Counted from the whole stretch's first letter, positions 22,662-35,885 are shown. The stretch: 63,906 bases of DNA, filler included, from Octopus bimaculoides (GCF_001194135.2; 7 parts of 6 records of this genome joined end to end with filler, not necessarily neighbours in it); one strand, 5' to 3'. The notes: a model not told the origin generated them from the letters alone. Numbers and translations: made by a program.

Positions 22662-24221
22662 AATCTGAAGTAAGATAAGAATTAAATAGTTGGATTATGG
22701 ACTCAGGTCTACTCGAAAATATCAAAAGAGTAAGCGTACTATTAGAAAATATTCACACAGATACACATGCATATATGACAATGAGTGATCTATACATCAT
22801 TAGCAGATAAATATTTTTTCTTTGTGGGATAAAAAGGCTACCAATGCTTTCATGCATAGGGGATCTCTTAAAAATTATCAAGCTTGCCGTATTGGTGTGT
22901 TGGTACTCGTATCCATTTTGGATATACTCACATACATATACGCTCTCTCTGTGTCTCTGTCACTCTGTCTCTTTCTCTTTCTCTCACGTTCTCGCTCTCT
23001 CACGAGGATTGTTAAAATAGACTAATGTGCTTTCATTTTATCTCTTTTGTTAGACATCTGCCACACAAAACCATTCGTGTGCAGGGTTTTCTGCGGCTCA
23101 CGCATTTAATGGCACGTCAGATGTCGACTGAGAATGATGAGTTTCTAAGATGGTCACTCAGTAGCAAAATTCCAGAAAATGTGAGGAAAGGTTACGAACA
23201 CCATGCACGAAACTCGTCCCTGCACAGTCTTTTAGCTTATTCACATTGCTGAGAATAGTATTCGAGTCTGTGAATAGATTCTCAATGAAAACAAGAATTA
23301 AAATCATACCCCATCGCATCTCACTAATGGCTTATATTTTTCTGGAAACAAAATCGCAGTAACATATTACCGTTCAAACGCGATCCAATTATACTCTTGT
23401 AAATCCAGTGTATTTCGCAAATTGAAACTGGAACAGAAGGACTGCTCCTTCGGGCTGCTAGGTAACATTCGAACAGATTTGCAGGTGGTTTTGGATAGTT
23501 CTCAAGAAGAGAATAACCATAATACTTTTGCGGCAATGAAGACAAGCTGGAATTGCTCTGTGCGTTCTCAAGTATTTCCGAAATTGATGGTTTTATGAAT
23601 ATAAATAATGAAAGATATTCATTATTTAGTGAAAGAGGTGACATATTGCTAATCCTATTGTCGTTTTCATATTTCTCGATAGAATGCGGTTGATAAAATG
23701 CCGTACAATAACTGCTTAGGCTTTGAGAATTGAGTTCAAAATAGAGCGGAGATGAAATTTATTTACATAATCGGAATCAAAATAACGTAGCAGAAAAATG
23801 TTGGCCAAGGCCAAAACTCTATATCAGATGGTGCATGATACGCAAAGTCATGGAGTGGAGGGCACAAGAGTATGTAAGCTTCTGATTGGATGTACATTTG
23901 TATCTTTAAAGAATTAAGAATATTGTATAATGTGTTATCAGATTATTCTTAATAAAGAAGGCCTTCAATATTGAAGACACATAAATATATATGTGTGTTT
24001 ATGTGCGCATGTATATACGTACATATANNNNNNNNNNNNNNNNNNNNNNNNNNNNNNNNNNNNNNNNNNNNNNNNNNNNNNNNNNNNNNNNNNNNNNNNN
24101 NNNNNNNNNNNNNNNNNNNNNNNNNNNNNNNNNNNNNNNNNNNNNNNNNNNNNNNNNNNNNNNNNNNNNNNNNNNNNNNNNNNNNNNNNNNNNNNNNNNN
24201 NNNNNNNNNNNNNNNNNNNNN

Positions 24222-24424
24222 GGTTTCATTAGCGTTTGTTTGTGTTCGCCAGCTCGACGGAACGCCAGTCCATCGCAGCGTTACTCATTTTGCCATCTGA
24301 GTGGACTGGAGCAACGCGAAATGAAGTGTATTTTTCGTCAAGAACACAACGCGTCGCCCGGTGCAGTAATCGAAACCACAATCTTACGATCGTGATGCTG
24401 GCACCCTAATCACTAAACCACGTG

Positions 24425-24428
<4 letters not shown>
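24222..24428 (-). mobile_element. tRNA-derived SINE family C
   Basis: gactggagcaacgcgaaatgaagtg...aagaacacaacgcg...aatcgaaaccac...cctaatcactaaaccacgtgcc; homologous to 30602-30838 and to the head at 55092. Confidence 0.8.
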
Positions 24429-24477
<49 letters not shown>

Positions 24478-24920
24478 ATATATATAATATGTATAAGGAA
24501 GATACAAGGATCCAAATGTAGGAAGTTATTCAGCTTCAAGCACTCCGTAGAATGTGCCAATAACAATTCCAGGAATAATAGGGGTTTATCGTCGTAGCAG
24601 GTTGTACAATTTTCCTATATGGAAGTTCAATCAGCTGAAAAAAGTTATTCGATAGTTCACGGTTAGCTACTAGGGATAAATATGTTTATGTATAAATATA
24701 TATAAAGAAACAAGTATATACAAAAATCTCTCTCACTCTTTCTTTCTTTCTCTCTACAAACACACACATATATATATACTTTACATCGTACTCTACTACG
24801 TTCTTAGCAGTATATACCATAGATAAACATATGTATATATATATATATATATATAATGTAACCTCGTGGGCATCGGTACCATTTTCCTCTTTCTCCGTTC
24901 TTCCATTCTCCGAACTTTCC

Positions 24921-24960
24921 ATCTTTCCGACGAAGGGCTACGCCCGAAACGTCATACACT
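24921..24960 (+). ncRNA. Hammerhead-like motif, second family, with a U4C change
   Basis: CCGACGA (24927-24933), extra A, GGGC-TAC-GCCC, GAAA, CGTC; stem I is weak. Confidence 0.5.
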
Positions 24961-25726
24961 CTCTCTTTCCTTTCCTGAGCGTCCAATAATACTATTCATA
25001 TCACGTCCTCACATTGTTGATTTTTTTGTTTTTTTGTTATTGTTTTTTTAACTATATATATATATATATATATATAAAGAGAGAACGAAAGAGAGAGAGA
25101 AGAATTTGTGTATATACATGCTATTTGTTTGTTTGTGTGTTGTGTGATACTTTGATGTGTTTGCATATGATTATCATTAATGATCTCATACCAAATTTAA
25201 ACGAAATAAATTCTGGTGAGAAAGTCAACTAAAAGACATAAATGTTAAAATGTTACATTACCTTTGTTACTACTTTACAGAATCTATGTTCTCAGATTTA
25301 TTTTTCTGGCTCCTTCAATTCTCAATGTGGTTTAGTTTACTTTCTTTCCTTTTGTTTTTTAGCAGGGTGGGCTCTAGCTATAAAATTAGTGTCAATCATA
25401 TAATAGAATCATTTGAATCGACTACAATTCTCTCCTACAAATTTGTGGCCTTTGTAGTAATGTGAAAGACTAAAAATCAATACTTCTTAAACGCATAGCA
25501 ATTCACAAGAGCATCAAAACTAACCATGAATTACAAATGTTAGTGAAAAATCTCAGGACATTAGTCTGAGTAGTCTTGGAATTTACGAAGCATTAAATCA
25601 ATATATTGGATTACATTCAAATAACACAGTCATTGATAACTGGTGGTTCTTCCAGGGTTGTTGTGATTATAGAAGTGGTGATGAGATGGAAAGAATTAGC
25701 AGTTTTTCTGAAACTTGTCAAATACC

Positions 25727-25791
25727 TACAATTCGTAGTTTAAAGGTTTTGTAATGTGTTAAAAAATATTTACAGCTTCATCAGAGTTGTA
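25727..25791 (-). ncRNA. Damaged hammerhead-like motif, third family
   Basis: Reverse complement TACAACT-CTGATGA-A-GCTGTA...TACA-AAA...AATTGTA. Stem I arms TACAACT/AATTGTA have 1 mismatch, and the 3' side of stem II plus G12 appear deleted. Confidence 0.3.
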
Positions 25792-25925
25792 ATCTTAAAC
25801 GATAATAAAAGCTAAAAATGTTTACATATTACACATTAGATGGCGCCGAGAAACAGAATAAAAGCAGATCGGGAATGTGAGATAGCTGAATAAACATAGA
25901 CATATATATATATATATATATATAT

Positions 25926-25951
25926 ACACACCCACACACACACGCACACAC

Positions 25952-26026
<75 letters not shown>
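25926..26026. repeat. Imperfect (CA)n microsatellite preceded by (TA)n
   Basis: Seen directly. Confidence 0.95.
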
Positions 26027-26029
<3 letters not shown>

Positions 26030-26571
26030 TTATGAGATACGAAAATGGGACAAGAACGGAAAACATCCAGACAGGGGACACAAAAAGGAACAACGAAACA
26101 TCTAAGCAGACGATACAAAGAGAACAACGATGGGTATATGCGTATATACTGTTGTAATTTATTTTTTTATTTTTCATGCAGCGTATTTTATTTGATTTTA
26201 ATGTGTTAATTCTAATATAATTAATTATTTACAATATGTATTTTGAACCCATTTTCCTTTTTAAGGTTTTCTTCGATTTTATTTTAAAAATAGGATGAAT
26301 CTATATCAAATTCATTTGTTTTGTTCATTGCGCAACCAAGACCATTATTTGAAACGACCAATGAAACAGATCCGTGTGTTTCAATTTTTATATTAGTTTT
26401 GGTTGCATTCCTTTCCCATTTCTAACAAGACTGTCCGATGAACGGGAACGTGAAACTCCGAGTAACGATCTTTTGTTATATTTCTGCTGCTTTAAAATAA
26501 AGGATATTACTCTACTTCAAGTATTTGAGTACTCTTTTTTCCACCTTGTTGCACATTTACTTGCTTACTCT

Positions 26572-26573
<2 letters not shown>

Positions 26574-26660
<87 letters not shown>
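26574..26660. repeat. (TA)n microsatellite
   Basis: Seen directly. Confidence 0.97.
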
Positions 26661-26661
<1 letters not shown>

Positions 26662-28137
26662 TATATATATATGTATATATATATTTATACATACGTGTGT
26701 GTATATATATTTATTTGATCATATATTTTTATGAGATAAATATTAATTCCTTAATTTATCCTTAATTTATTTTTAAAGCTTAACCCGATAAAGCCCCTAA
26801 TATAAACATCCTTACTCTAACTCCCACTCATAAGTTAACATTCAACTAGCTGTTCCTTTCCCGACTACCTACATTCCCATCACCCCATTGCTAAAAATAA
26901 CTCTATAGCCACTGACCTTTGCCAGAACGGACACAAGCAGTTACTTGTAAAATTTCCACTTTTGACATTAAGAACCAGGTATCTACTACCGTGCAACTTT
27001 ATCCTATAGCCAATCCTTAAAATCACCCCATTTCACTCTAACTGTCTCTCTTTCTATTTCTTTCTTTTCCTTTACTTTTGCCACTTAATAGCCACCGCTG
27101 CTACCATTCTGCTATTGAACGTTGATATGCTCGCGTCTTTTTTCTTAGGATGTCTACTATATCAGGATTTTGACCCACATGGATATACGCAGAATTGCAC
27201 CTAAGGATTTTCGCTCATGGATCTACGCAGGATTTCACCTCTAAGAACTCACGCTCTGGTTGCTACAACTTCGGAAAGTTGAACTCTGGACTTTTATGCT
27301 TCTTTTTTTTTTCTTTTTTTTCCTTCCATCTCCTTATTCTTTTACTACCTTCCTCTATTTCGTCATCTTATTAATATATACCATTCTCATTTTCCATATT
27401 TTTTCCCTATTTGTCTGTGATGGTGGAATATCCCATACTTGGAGATATCCCAGAAACAGCTGTAAGATTATGAATTTCTTCCTATAATGATATTTTATTC
27501 GACTTGAGATGTTTGCTCTGCCTTAAAGTTTAACAATTATATATCCGCTGCATGAGAAATCTTCAATACCACCATAACTACCGTCTCGGACATAATCTTG
27601 GAGCCCCAGTAATCCGTTGCAGCATTTACCTAGCGTACATAATTGTGTTCGTTCTGTTGTCTGTAAACAAAGTCCATTTTTTTGTGTTTTATGTTCACGT
27701 TCATTTTTCTGAAGTCCTGTACCTGTTTATGCATCTAGATATACATGTAGATGTAGGTATGTACATATATGTATGTATACATGCATATGCTCATGTATCA
27801 TTTGTATTATTATATTATCGAACGCGACGCGTCCATTTGCAAGTATATATATANNNNNNNNNNNNNNNNNNNNNNNNNNNNNNNNNNNNNNNNNNNNTTA
27901 ATTAATTAANNNNNNNNNNNNNNNNNNNNNNNNNNNNNNNNNNNNNNNNNNNNATATATATATATATATATATATATATAGTAGCCGGGCTTATCCCTTG
28001 GTTCCGTTCTCGTAATTTTTTCGCTAATCCAATAACAACAATACAAAGTATATTGCCCTTTGTGTTTTTTTGTTTTCGTCTTTGTCCACTACCACCGCTT
28101 GATAACCGTTGCATCTATGTATATAGATACATGGTTA

Positions 28138-28294
28138 TGACGGGCTTGTTTCACTATCCGTTGCGAAATCCATTCACAAGGCTTTGGTCGGCATGAGGCC
28201 ATAGCAGAAGTCACTTGCCCAAGGTGCCATGCAGATGGACTGAACCTGGAACCATGTGATTGGAAAACAAGTTTCTGATCACACAGCCACACTT
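28138..28294 (-). mobile_element. SINE family B 5' half
   Basis: gacgggctt...aaatccattcacaaggctttggtcggc...cacttgcccaaggtgccatgcag...ggaaccatgtgattgg...cacacagccacac. Confidence 0.85.
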
Positions 28295-28399
28295 ATTATA
28301 TTATATCATTTTATTTTATATTATGTTGTACTAAATCAGTATATATTGTTAGTCCAGCAATATAGAAGTGAGAAACGGCAGATTGCTGTACACAAAATG

Positions 28400-29330
28400 C
28401 TTCTCAATGTTTCATCTCCTTTTCCTCCGAGGTCGATGAAATAAGTACCTTACGTGGTTGATGGAATAAGTACATTTTGGACACCCGGGTCGTTGTAATT
28501 GACTTAAAGCATTTCCCGAAATTACTGGCCTTATGCCAAAATTTGAAACCAATATTTCATCTCCTTTACGCTTAGAGTTCAAATTTCTCCAAGGTTGAAA
28601 TTGCCTTTCAGCCTTTGGTGTCGATAAAAAAAGTACCAGTGGTGCACTGGTGTCGATGTTATCGACGATCTCTCTCTCTCTCTCTCTCTCTCCCGAATTT
28701 TCTGACCTTTTTTTAAAATATGAAATCTATATTTCATTTGTTAAAGGCGGCGAGCTGGAAGAATCGTAACCACGCTGGACATATACATATATACATACGA
28801 AATTAGTATATTAAATAATTATTTAAGCATTAGTTTAAAATTGCATCTGAGTCACTTCGACACATATTCTTTTCTACTCTAGGCACAAGGCCCGAAATTT
28901 TGGAGGAGAGGACCAGTCGATTAGAACGCCCCCAGTATGTAACTAGTACTTAATTTTAGTTTGTTTAATTTTACATCCGAATGGATATAAGGCGAAGTCG
29001 AACTCGGCGGAATTTGAACTCAGAACGCAAAGGCAGACGAAATACCGCTAAGCATTTCGCGTTCCATCATTTTGGAGTCGATAAAATTAGTATCAGTTGA
29101 GCTCTGGGGTCCATGTAACCGAATGACTCCTTCTCAGAACTTTCTGGCCTCGTGCCAAAATTTGAAATAAATATTCCATCTTCTAAATTCAGGAGTTCAA
29201 TCTCCATTCCTGGAGTAAATTTACATCTCATAATTTCCAATCAATAACAGATATTCGATTTATCGACTGGAGTCCCCCCCCCCTGAACATGTTGTACTTT
29301 GCCCAGTGTTAAAAATCAATATTATCATAT
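28400..29330. mobile_element. Cluster of SINE family A body fragments (+), a head at 28744-28780 (+) and an inverted variant copy at 28868-29060 (-)
   Basis: Repeated gtcgat..aa.aagtacc...gtcgatgt.a.tcgac...tgccaaaatttgaaa blocks; the minus copy contains ggcggaatttgaactcagaacg. Confidence 0.8.
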
Positions 29331-30601
29331 TACCACCACAAATGCATTGACGTAGTGTTGATGTCCCGATAAGTTGAACGTACAGTTATCTATTTTATTC
29401 GTTAGTTGAGCAATTTCAGTTTAATTGTTTTCTGGTTGCAATTTCCAATTACAGTCTACGCAGTCTAGTAGAATTGGATCTGCAACATTGACTTATCTTG
29501 AGACATAATGATTTCACACGTTGAGACTACCATTAAGCAATGAGAGATATATATTGATATTGTCCATACTAATATACAATAATTTTATTTGTAAATATCA
29601 CATTAAATCATTTCTATATTGGTTCTCGGTCCTGTATTACATGAGACACATTAAGCAAATATCTGTCAACGAACCTTCAAATTTACTAATGCTTTGTGAT
29701 TGCAATTTGGAAGATGGGAACTGTGCAAAAGCCTATCGTGTGCATATATGTAAAAAGTTGTGCGTGTGTGTGCGTGTGTGTGCGTATGCGTGCGTGTGTG
29801 TGTGTGTGTGAATGTTTATGTATATTTGTATGTGTTGATTTGTATTTGTGTGTGGTTTTGTTGTGTGTGTACATATGTCTGCCTCAATATGTATATAGAA
29901 TGGAATATGTGTGTGTACAAATTAGGATTTCGAAGTGACTCAGATCAAATTTTAAACAAATGATTGAATGATTATTTTATTGTATATCAATTTCGTATGT
30001 ATATGTATGTGTGTGTATTTCTTCATGTGGATAAGTGTATTTATGTTTCACCGATTATTCGGTGGTGTGTTTAAACAGTGTCTGTTAAAGTCCCGTAAGA
30101 TAGCTTTTCGACAAAGAGATGATAAAATAAGTACCAGATAATACGAATTATTAGCGTCAACTTGTTCAACTACAATTCTATAACATGGCAGCACTGCAAT
30201 GACTGAAACCAATAAAAAATTAATTAAATATGTTAGAGCAATGGAAACTGAGAAGTGAGGCTTCCATACAAGTTAAGTCGAAATGCAGCACAAACTTTGT
30301 CAGTGACCAGGTTGGAGTTTCGAGCGACGAAATGTTTAACACCATATTACAAACAATATGTGTGTAAATGAAGTTGATAGCCTTTATGTGTTTCTGAATA
30401 ACTGACTTATGGTTTCTATGCTGCAATCGTTTCAATTTCAATACGCAATCTCAGATTAGAACACTTTTCATGAAATATCTCTTCGTAGAATTGTAGTAAA
30501 TAAATTTATAGAATAATCGTCAACGGCGAACAATTGTTGTTTGGTAGCAAAAGTCATGTATTTATTGTATTAGGTGTCTAGGTAGTGGTGTATAGACATA
30601 G

Positions 30602-30838
30602 ACACATTCTTTACTCTCCTATTATTTGACCCTACGGCAAAACTAGAGCGTGACAGCCGGAGGGAGGGAGACCAGCACAACCACTTGGCTAGTATTTACT
30701 TTCAGTTAAGTAGACTGGAGCAACGCGAATTGAAGTGCCTTGCAGAAGGACACAACGTATCGTCTGGTTCAGAAATTGAACTCAAGTTATTATGATCGTG
30801 AACTAAATAGCTTCAAAAACTAGACTACGCAACTTCAC
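30602..30838 (-). mobile_element. SINE family C, diverged
   Basis: gactggagcaacgcgaattgaagtgccttgcagaaggacacaacg...aattgaactc...atgatcgtga. Confidence 0.7.
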
Positions 30839-33470
30839 AGTAAATATACTTATTCTGACAGGAAATACTAGAATATAAATGGTAAAGATAGTATGCCTTT
30901 GCCATGGCACCGGAATTGTCAGCATCACAGCTGCAGCAACTGTTCAGATGATAACAGTAGTAGTTACGGTACAAATATAATATTATATGTACTAAAGATT
31001 GCCAACATGCAGGTAACAATAGAAGACTGACAGAGAAAAGAGACGGTTAACTAAACATGTCAGAAGAGCGTAGGAGAGGGTTGCTAAGAACCTGCTTATC
31101 TAGTGATGCATCAGTGAACTAATTCTTTTGATCTGTCTATTTACTTGTAAAATAGTGTTCGACATGTTTCGAGGCAAATTTCCTACACTGTGTTCTTTTG
31201 GAATAATTTCCGATAAATATTCGTTAGTTTTTACTTTTTCAAAAGGTATTGAGAATGCCGCTAGCTTTGCTATATTAAGACTAAATTACTATCTACTCAC
31301 TGCAGCATTGATTGCGTTCGAGAAATAATTCATACCAAATATTCACAGCTGAGTACGTTTCTTTGTCTTCACTTTCTGCCTTTTCTTTTCACAATGTAGT
31401 TACTAAACCTTTTCCTCACTTCTTCCTTTGTTTAACTAGTACTTTTCTCTAAAGATTTTCTTTGGTATCTTGGAAAGCACACACACACAAAGAAATAGAA
31501 AGGCAAATATAGAAAGAGGGAGTTATAGGTGTCAGAATAGTAATTAGAGAAGTTCACTGAATTAGTTTCTTCGTATCGATACTAGTTTTGTCTTGTCAGC
31601 AGAACATCATCGCTATTAGACTTTTGTAGTTTACTGTGTTGTATATATCTAATTGCCGCTTGAATGCGAAATACACATTGAGGAGATAATAACCTTTAAG
31701 AAGAACCACAGATAAACATTATCAACGTTTTTTTTTTTCGTTGAACAAAAAGAAACCAAAAAAAGAAAAGCAAGAATGTTCTTCAGAACAATGAAATATC
31801 AAGCACAAGAATGTATATTTACATTTAGTTTTTTTTTTTAATGGTTCAGCTAGCAGGATTTTCTCTCACCTTTTCACCCCACTATGTTACATTATTTCCT
31901 TCGAGCGAAATAGAAATCAATTGAGCAGATTATTTGAATAAGAAATGTTAATTAAAAGAACGACTGCACAGTCAGGCGAAAGGTTTATCGGAGCATTGCT
32001 TACTAAAAACCTACTTTTATTAAAATCTTTATCTTATTATTCATTTATTTTTATTTTATTTCATTTTATTTTCAAAATCCTGTCTATTAGTCTTCGGAAA
32101 TTACAGTTGCTCACCATCTAAACAAGACCAAACCGACTTAACAGCAATGAATTAAATGGTTTCCATTAGTAACTTTACACGCTAATAATGATTTCTAACA
32201 CTGACCACGTATTTTGACGGGGAAGTGTATGATCTGTATAATTACAGTTGATTCAGTGGCTTAGCTAAAGTCAGGCGAGAGGGCAGTCCGTCACGCACGA
32301 TAGTTTTGGGTCTGCTGTGACAGCCTACATTGGGCTGGGAAAACATATTTAATATATATGTGGGAGATTCTGTCAGAGGGTGTGTTTGTGGAGTTGTTAG
32401 CTAGGTCCTCCTACTTCATTTTATTGATTTTAATGAAACTTGACACGCGAGTAGAACTCATGTCTAGAAACCTAAGGGCCCCTGGAAGGGATCCTTACAT
32501 ATATCTTATATATTTTATTTTAAAAGTCAAGGAAAATGACACATTCGTCCCTGGAAGGGATTCTTATATACATAGCCAAGGGAAATAACCCATTCATTTT
32601 CCTAAATTATTTTCTAAAAATGAAATTGTGTATGCTTATTTCTTAGTATTTGAGCTGTTAGAGCTATTTTCGCAATTTATCCAGTACAACCCTTAAACAA
32701 GTAAATAGTATTTTCCTAAACAATAGATCCACTTATTTCGGTTAATGACTTATTCACGAATATACCAACACTAGTATTCCTGAGGGTAATGTTCTCTGGG
32801 AACACACAAAAGCCCTTTTCAGAGTTATTTACGTTAAATTGTTATTATCTCATATCTGCTTATCCTCTTATTACTTAACATGCTTCTTGATTTTAATATA
32901 CATACATTATTAGTATTTCCTCCAATGTACTTTATACTCTAGAAACGCATTAAAGCCCTTTTCGGGGTTAATTTATTTGAATTCTTACTATCGGATATCT
33001 AATTTCTTGTTATTAAATAACTGACTTCACAATTTGTGTATTCATAACTTATTGGGAATTCCTAAAAAAAAAGATCCTGTGTATTTTCTGTAAATGCACA
33101 AAAACCGTTTTAAGGGCTACATACTTTGTATTGTGTGGATTAGCGAAAACATTATGAGAACGGAACCAAGGGAGAAGCCCCGTTTTCCCGGAAATATACC
33201 GGGCATATTGTTCAGTGTGAGTACACGGTTCGATATAAACAGCAAAATGACCTACAACCATAAATCTACAGCATGAATTTGAAAATATGCTTCGTTATGG
33301 TATGTAAGATTTATTAGAACTGTTGTAGGAATGATTATTGACAATAATTTTACCAGTATCGCTATCTGTTCTTCTTCGAAACGTGTTCTGCCATGTTATT
33401 CTGTTACAGCCTATCATTCACGATAGATGCATCAACGTAAATGTTACTTTTCTGAGTTCAGTGTATATAT

Positions 33471-33686
33471 TCGTTTCAAATTTTGGCACAAGACCAACAA
33501 TTTCGGGGGTCCGATAAGGTGATTACATCGACCCAAATGTTCAACTGGTACTTACCTTATCGACCCTGGAAGTGATAAATAGCAATATTGCCCGTGGCGG
33601 AATTTGAACTCACAACATAAAACCGGACGAAAGGCCGTTGAACATTTTCCTCGCCGTGCAAACGATTCTGCCAGCACATCGCCTTA
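33471..33686 (-). mobile_element. SINE family A, full length
   Basis: gtttcaaattttggcacaagacc...ggcggaatttgaactc...aacgattctgccagcacatcgcctta. Confidence 0.85.
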
Positions 33687-33708
33687 TAATAATAATAATA
33701 ACAATAAC

Positions 33709-33753
<45 letters not shown>

Positions 33754-33755
33754 TA
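33686..33755. repeat. (AAT)n microsatellite
   Basis: Seen directly. Confidence 0.97.
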
Positions 33756-34227
33756 CATCAAATATTCTGCTCTGTACAACAGATTTTATAGTCAGTTGTT
33801 TGACCTTAACCAGTTGAGCATGTCCCTTACTGGCTGACGATATGTGCATCTCTGATCACGTACAGAAGTAGTCGGGGACTATCATAGCCATGTGTTGTGA
33901 GGAATTCTTTGGAGTTTGAATAATTCACCCGTAGAAACATAGGAGCTTCGTTCATCATTCTTAAACAAACCATATTCTGGGATCCTTTGAGTGGGATAGG
34001 CTACTCTACCGGAAGAAAATTCTAACTGGGCCCCACCTGCAAGGTCATGAGCTGTTTATCTAGACATGAGATCACCAAGTGACGCCCATATGGTTGTGAT
34101 GCATGTGCCTGGTCTACCCTTATCAGACGGGTAGTAATGATGGTTATACGGATGTGTGTGCGCGTACAGTATGCATATTTTGCCCCAGTGCAGTGCAACT
34201 TTGAAGGCATGTAGTGCAGGTACTCTC

Positions 34228-34298
34228 AATAATAATAATAATAATAATAAGAAGAAGAAGAAGAAGAAGAAGAAGGAGAAGAAGAAGAAGAAGAAGAA
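34228..34298. repeat. (AAT)n switching to (AAG)n
   Basis: Seen directly. Confidence 0.97.
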
Positions 34299-35885
34299 TC
34301 GTAATAATAATAAAGAATCAATATCTCTAGTCACATTTAATATTGAATATCTAGTGTAATTTCCTGGTTGGAAATATTTCACTTGACTTATTTAGTCATG
34401 TAAGATATAATCCTCATTTTCTTAATTAATCCTGGAAACTTTGATAGTTTTATAAGAAATATATTCTAAATAAACAAGAAAAAAGTTATATCTTTTACTT
34501 GTTTCAGTTGTTGCACTACGGGCCTTGCTAAAACCTCTTACTCAAAGTACCGTGCAATGGGATTGAACGTTATATCATACATATCGTTGCAAAGCTACCT
34601 TCTTAAACAGACAGCCATCTCTGCGCCTATGTTATTAAACTTCATTTAAATTTTGTCTTTAATTTCGAGTTGTAACGTGACACAGAAGCCTGTGGCAGAG
34701 TTGGAGCATGCTGTTAGCGCATTCATTCTCTTTCATTTTTCATGTTGTTGTCATTCTTTAAATTCTTCGAAAGAATAATCTGCTGTGAAGTATTTTAAGC
34801 TTTCGCGTTTCGTTCGTAATGGCCATGAGATATAACTGAAAATATACGAGGAAAAACGTCGAAATAAGCTAATTTAACATTTTGGTTTCTTATGGAATAT
34901 ACAAGCTATATGTAGATGGCAAGTTAATGACTGCTATATCATTAGTCAGATCAATAATCCGTCTCATTTGGGGAAAGAATAAATCACGTGCGCTATATTC
35001 TGTCAGAGAACATTAGTTTCTTTTACGTTGTGGTTAAGTACGTTAGGCAAAACACGGGAACTGGTGTGTGGAAAGAGATCTTACATAAGAACAGCAGGGG
35101 ATTACGTTAATAGAAATATTTTTACTTTCCCTTCCAAGTAAGAACTTTAAAACTTTGATATAACATACATTCGGTGTTGTTGTAGGTTTGGAAAGATTGT
35201 GGAAGAGCTGAAATTCTCTTTCAAGCAATATAAGACAGAATCAACATGCGTTAATAGGTTAAAAGCAAATAATTTTCTGAAGAGCTTCTATTAATATCGG
35301 GATTTCACAAAGTATTTTTCTCGTGGTGGCATGCCGGTTCACAGTCAATATTCGAGAATAAATAACTTGTATTCTTTCCAGCAAGCTTATTAACATGCTT
35401 TCATGCGTATTTGGAATCTGTCATACATTTGCCTGTTTAATTAATTCTACTTCATTCCATCAAGGCGGGAGTAATGGAAGTCCTTCGAAAAGGATTAATT
35501 TGCTACTTTATAAATTTGTAAACTTTTTCCTGTGAAACTATGTCACTAAAGCTAGGCAGCATAGCTTTCAATAATGCATTACGGAATGTGATTATGGAGT
35601 TAATATCAGTAAAATAAAGATAATACGAATATTAATATTATTTCCAAATTTTGGCACAAGCCAGCAGTTTCGAGGGATTCTTCCAGCTTGCCGCCCTTTG
35701 ATACTCATGTTAATAACATTAAAGTTACACTTAATGCTATGGATATTCATATACATAAGGTGTTTTAGATGAGTGACAACACAAATACTATTTTTTTCTT
35801 TCCATCAAAAGAAAGTTAAAATGCAGTAATGCATAATGATGGTTTCAGTTTTATATGTTCCCGCACTTCGGAGCTGTATGGCAAA

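Noticed and set aside
23324-23644. 106-aa minus-strand ORF and an overlapping plus-strand stop-free stretch
   Set aside because: No recognisable domain and only weak splice signals.
32480-32575. Direct repeat ccctggaagggat(c/t)ctta, considered as piggyBac or Helitron-type ends
   Set aside because: The copies are direct rather than inverted and lack TTAA flanks; the element type cannot be supported.
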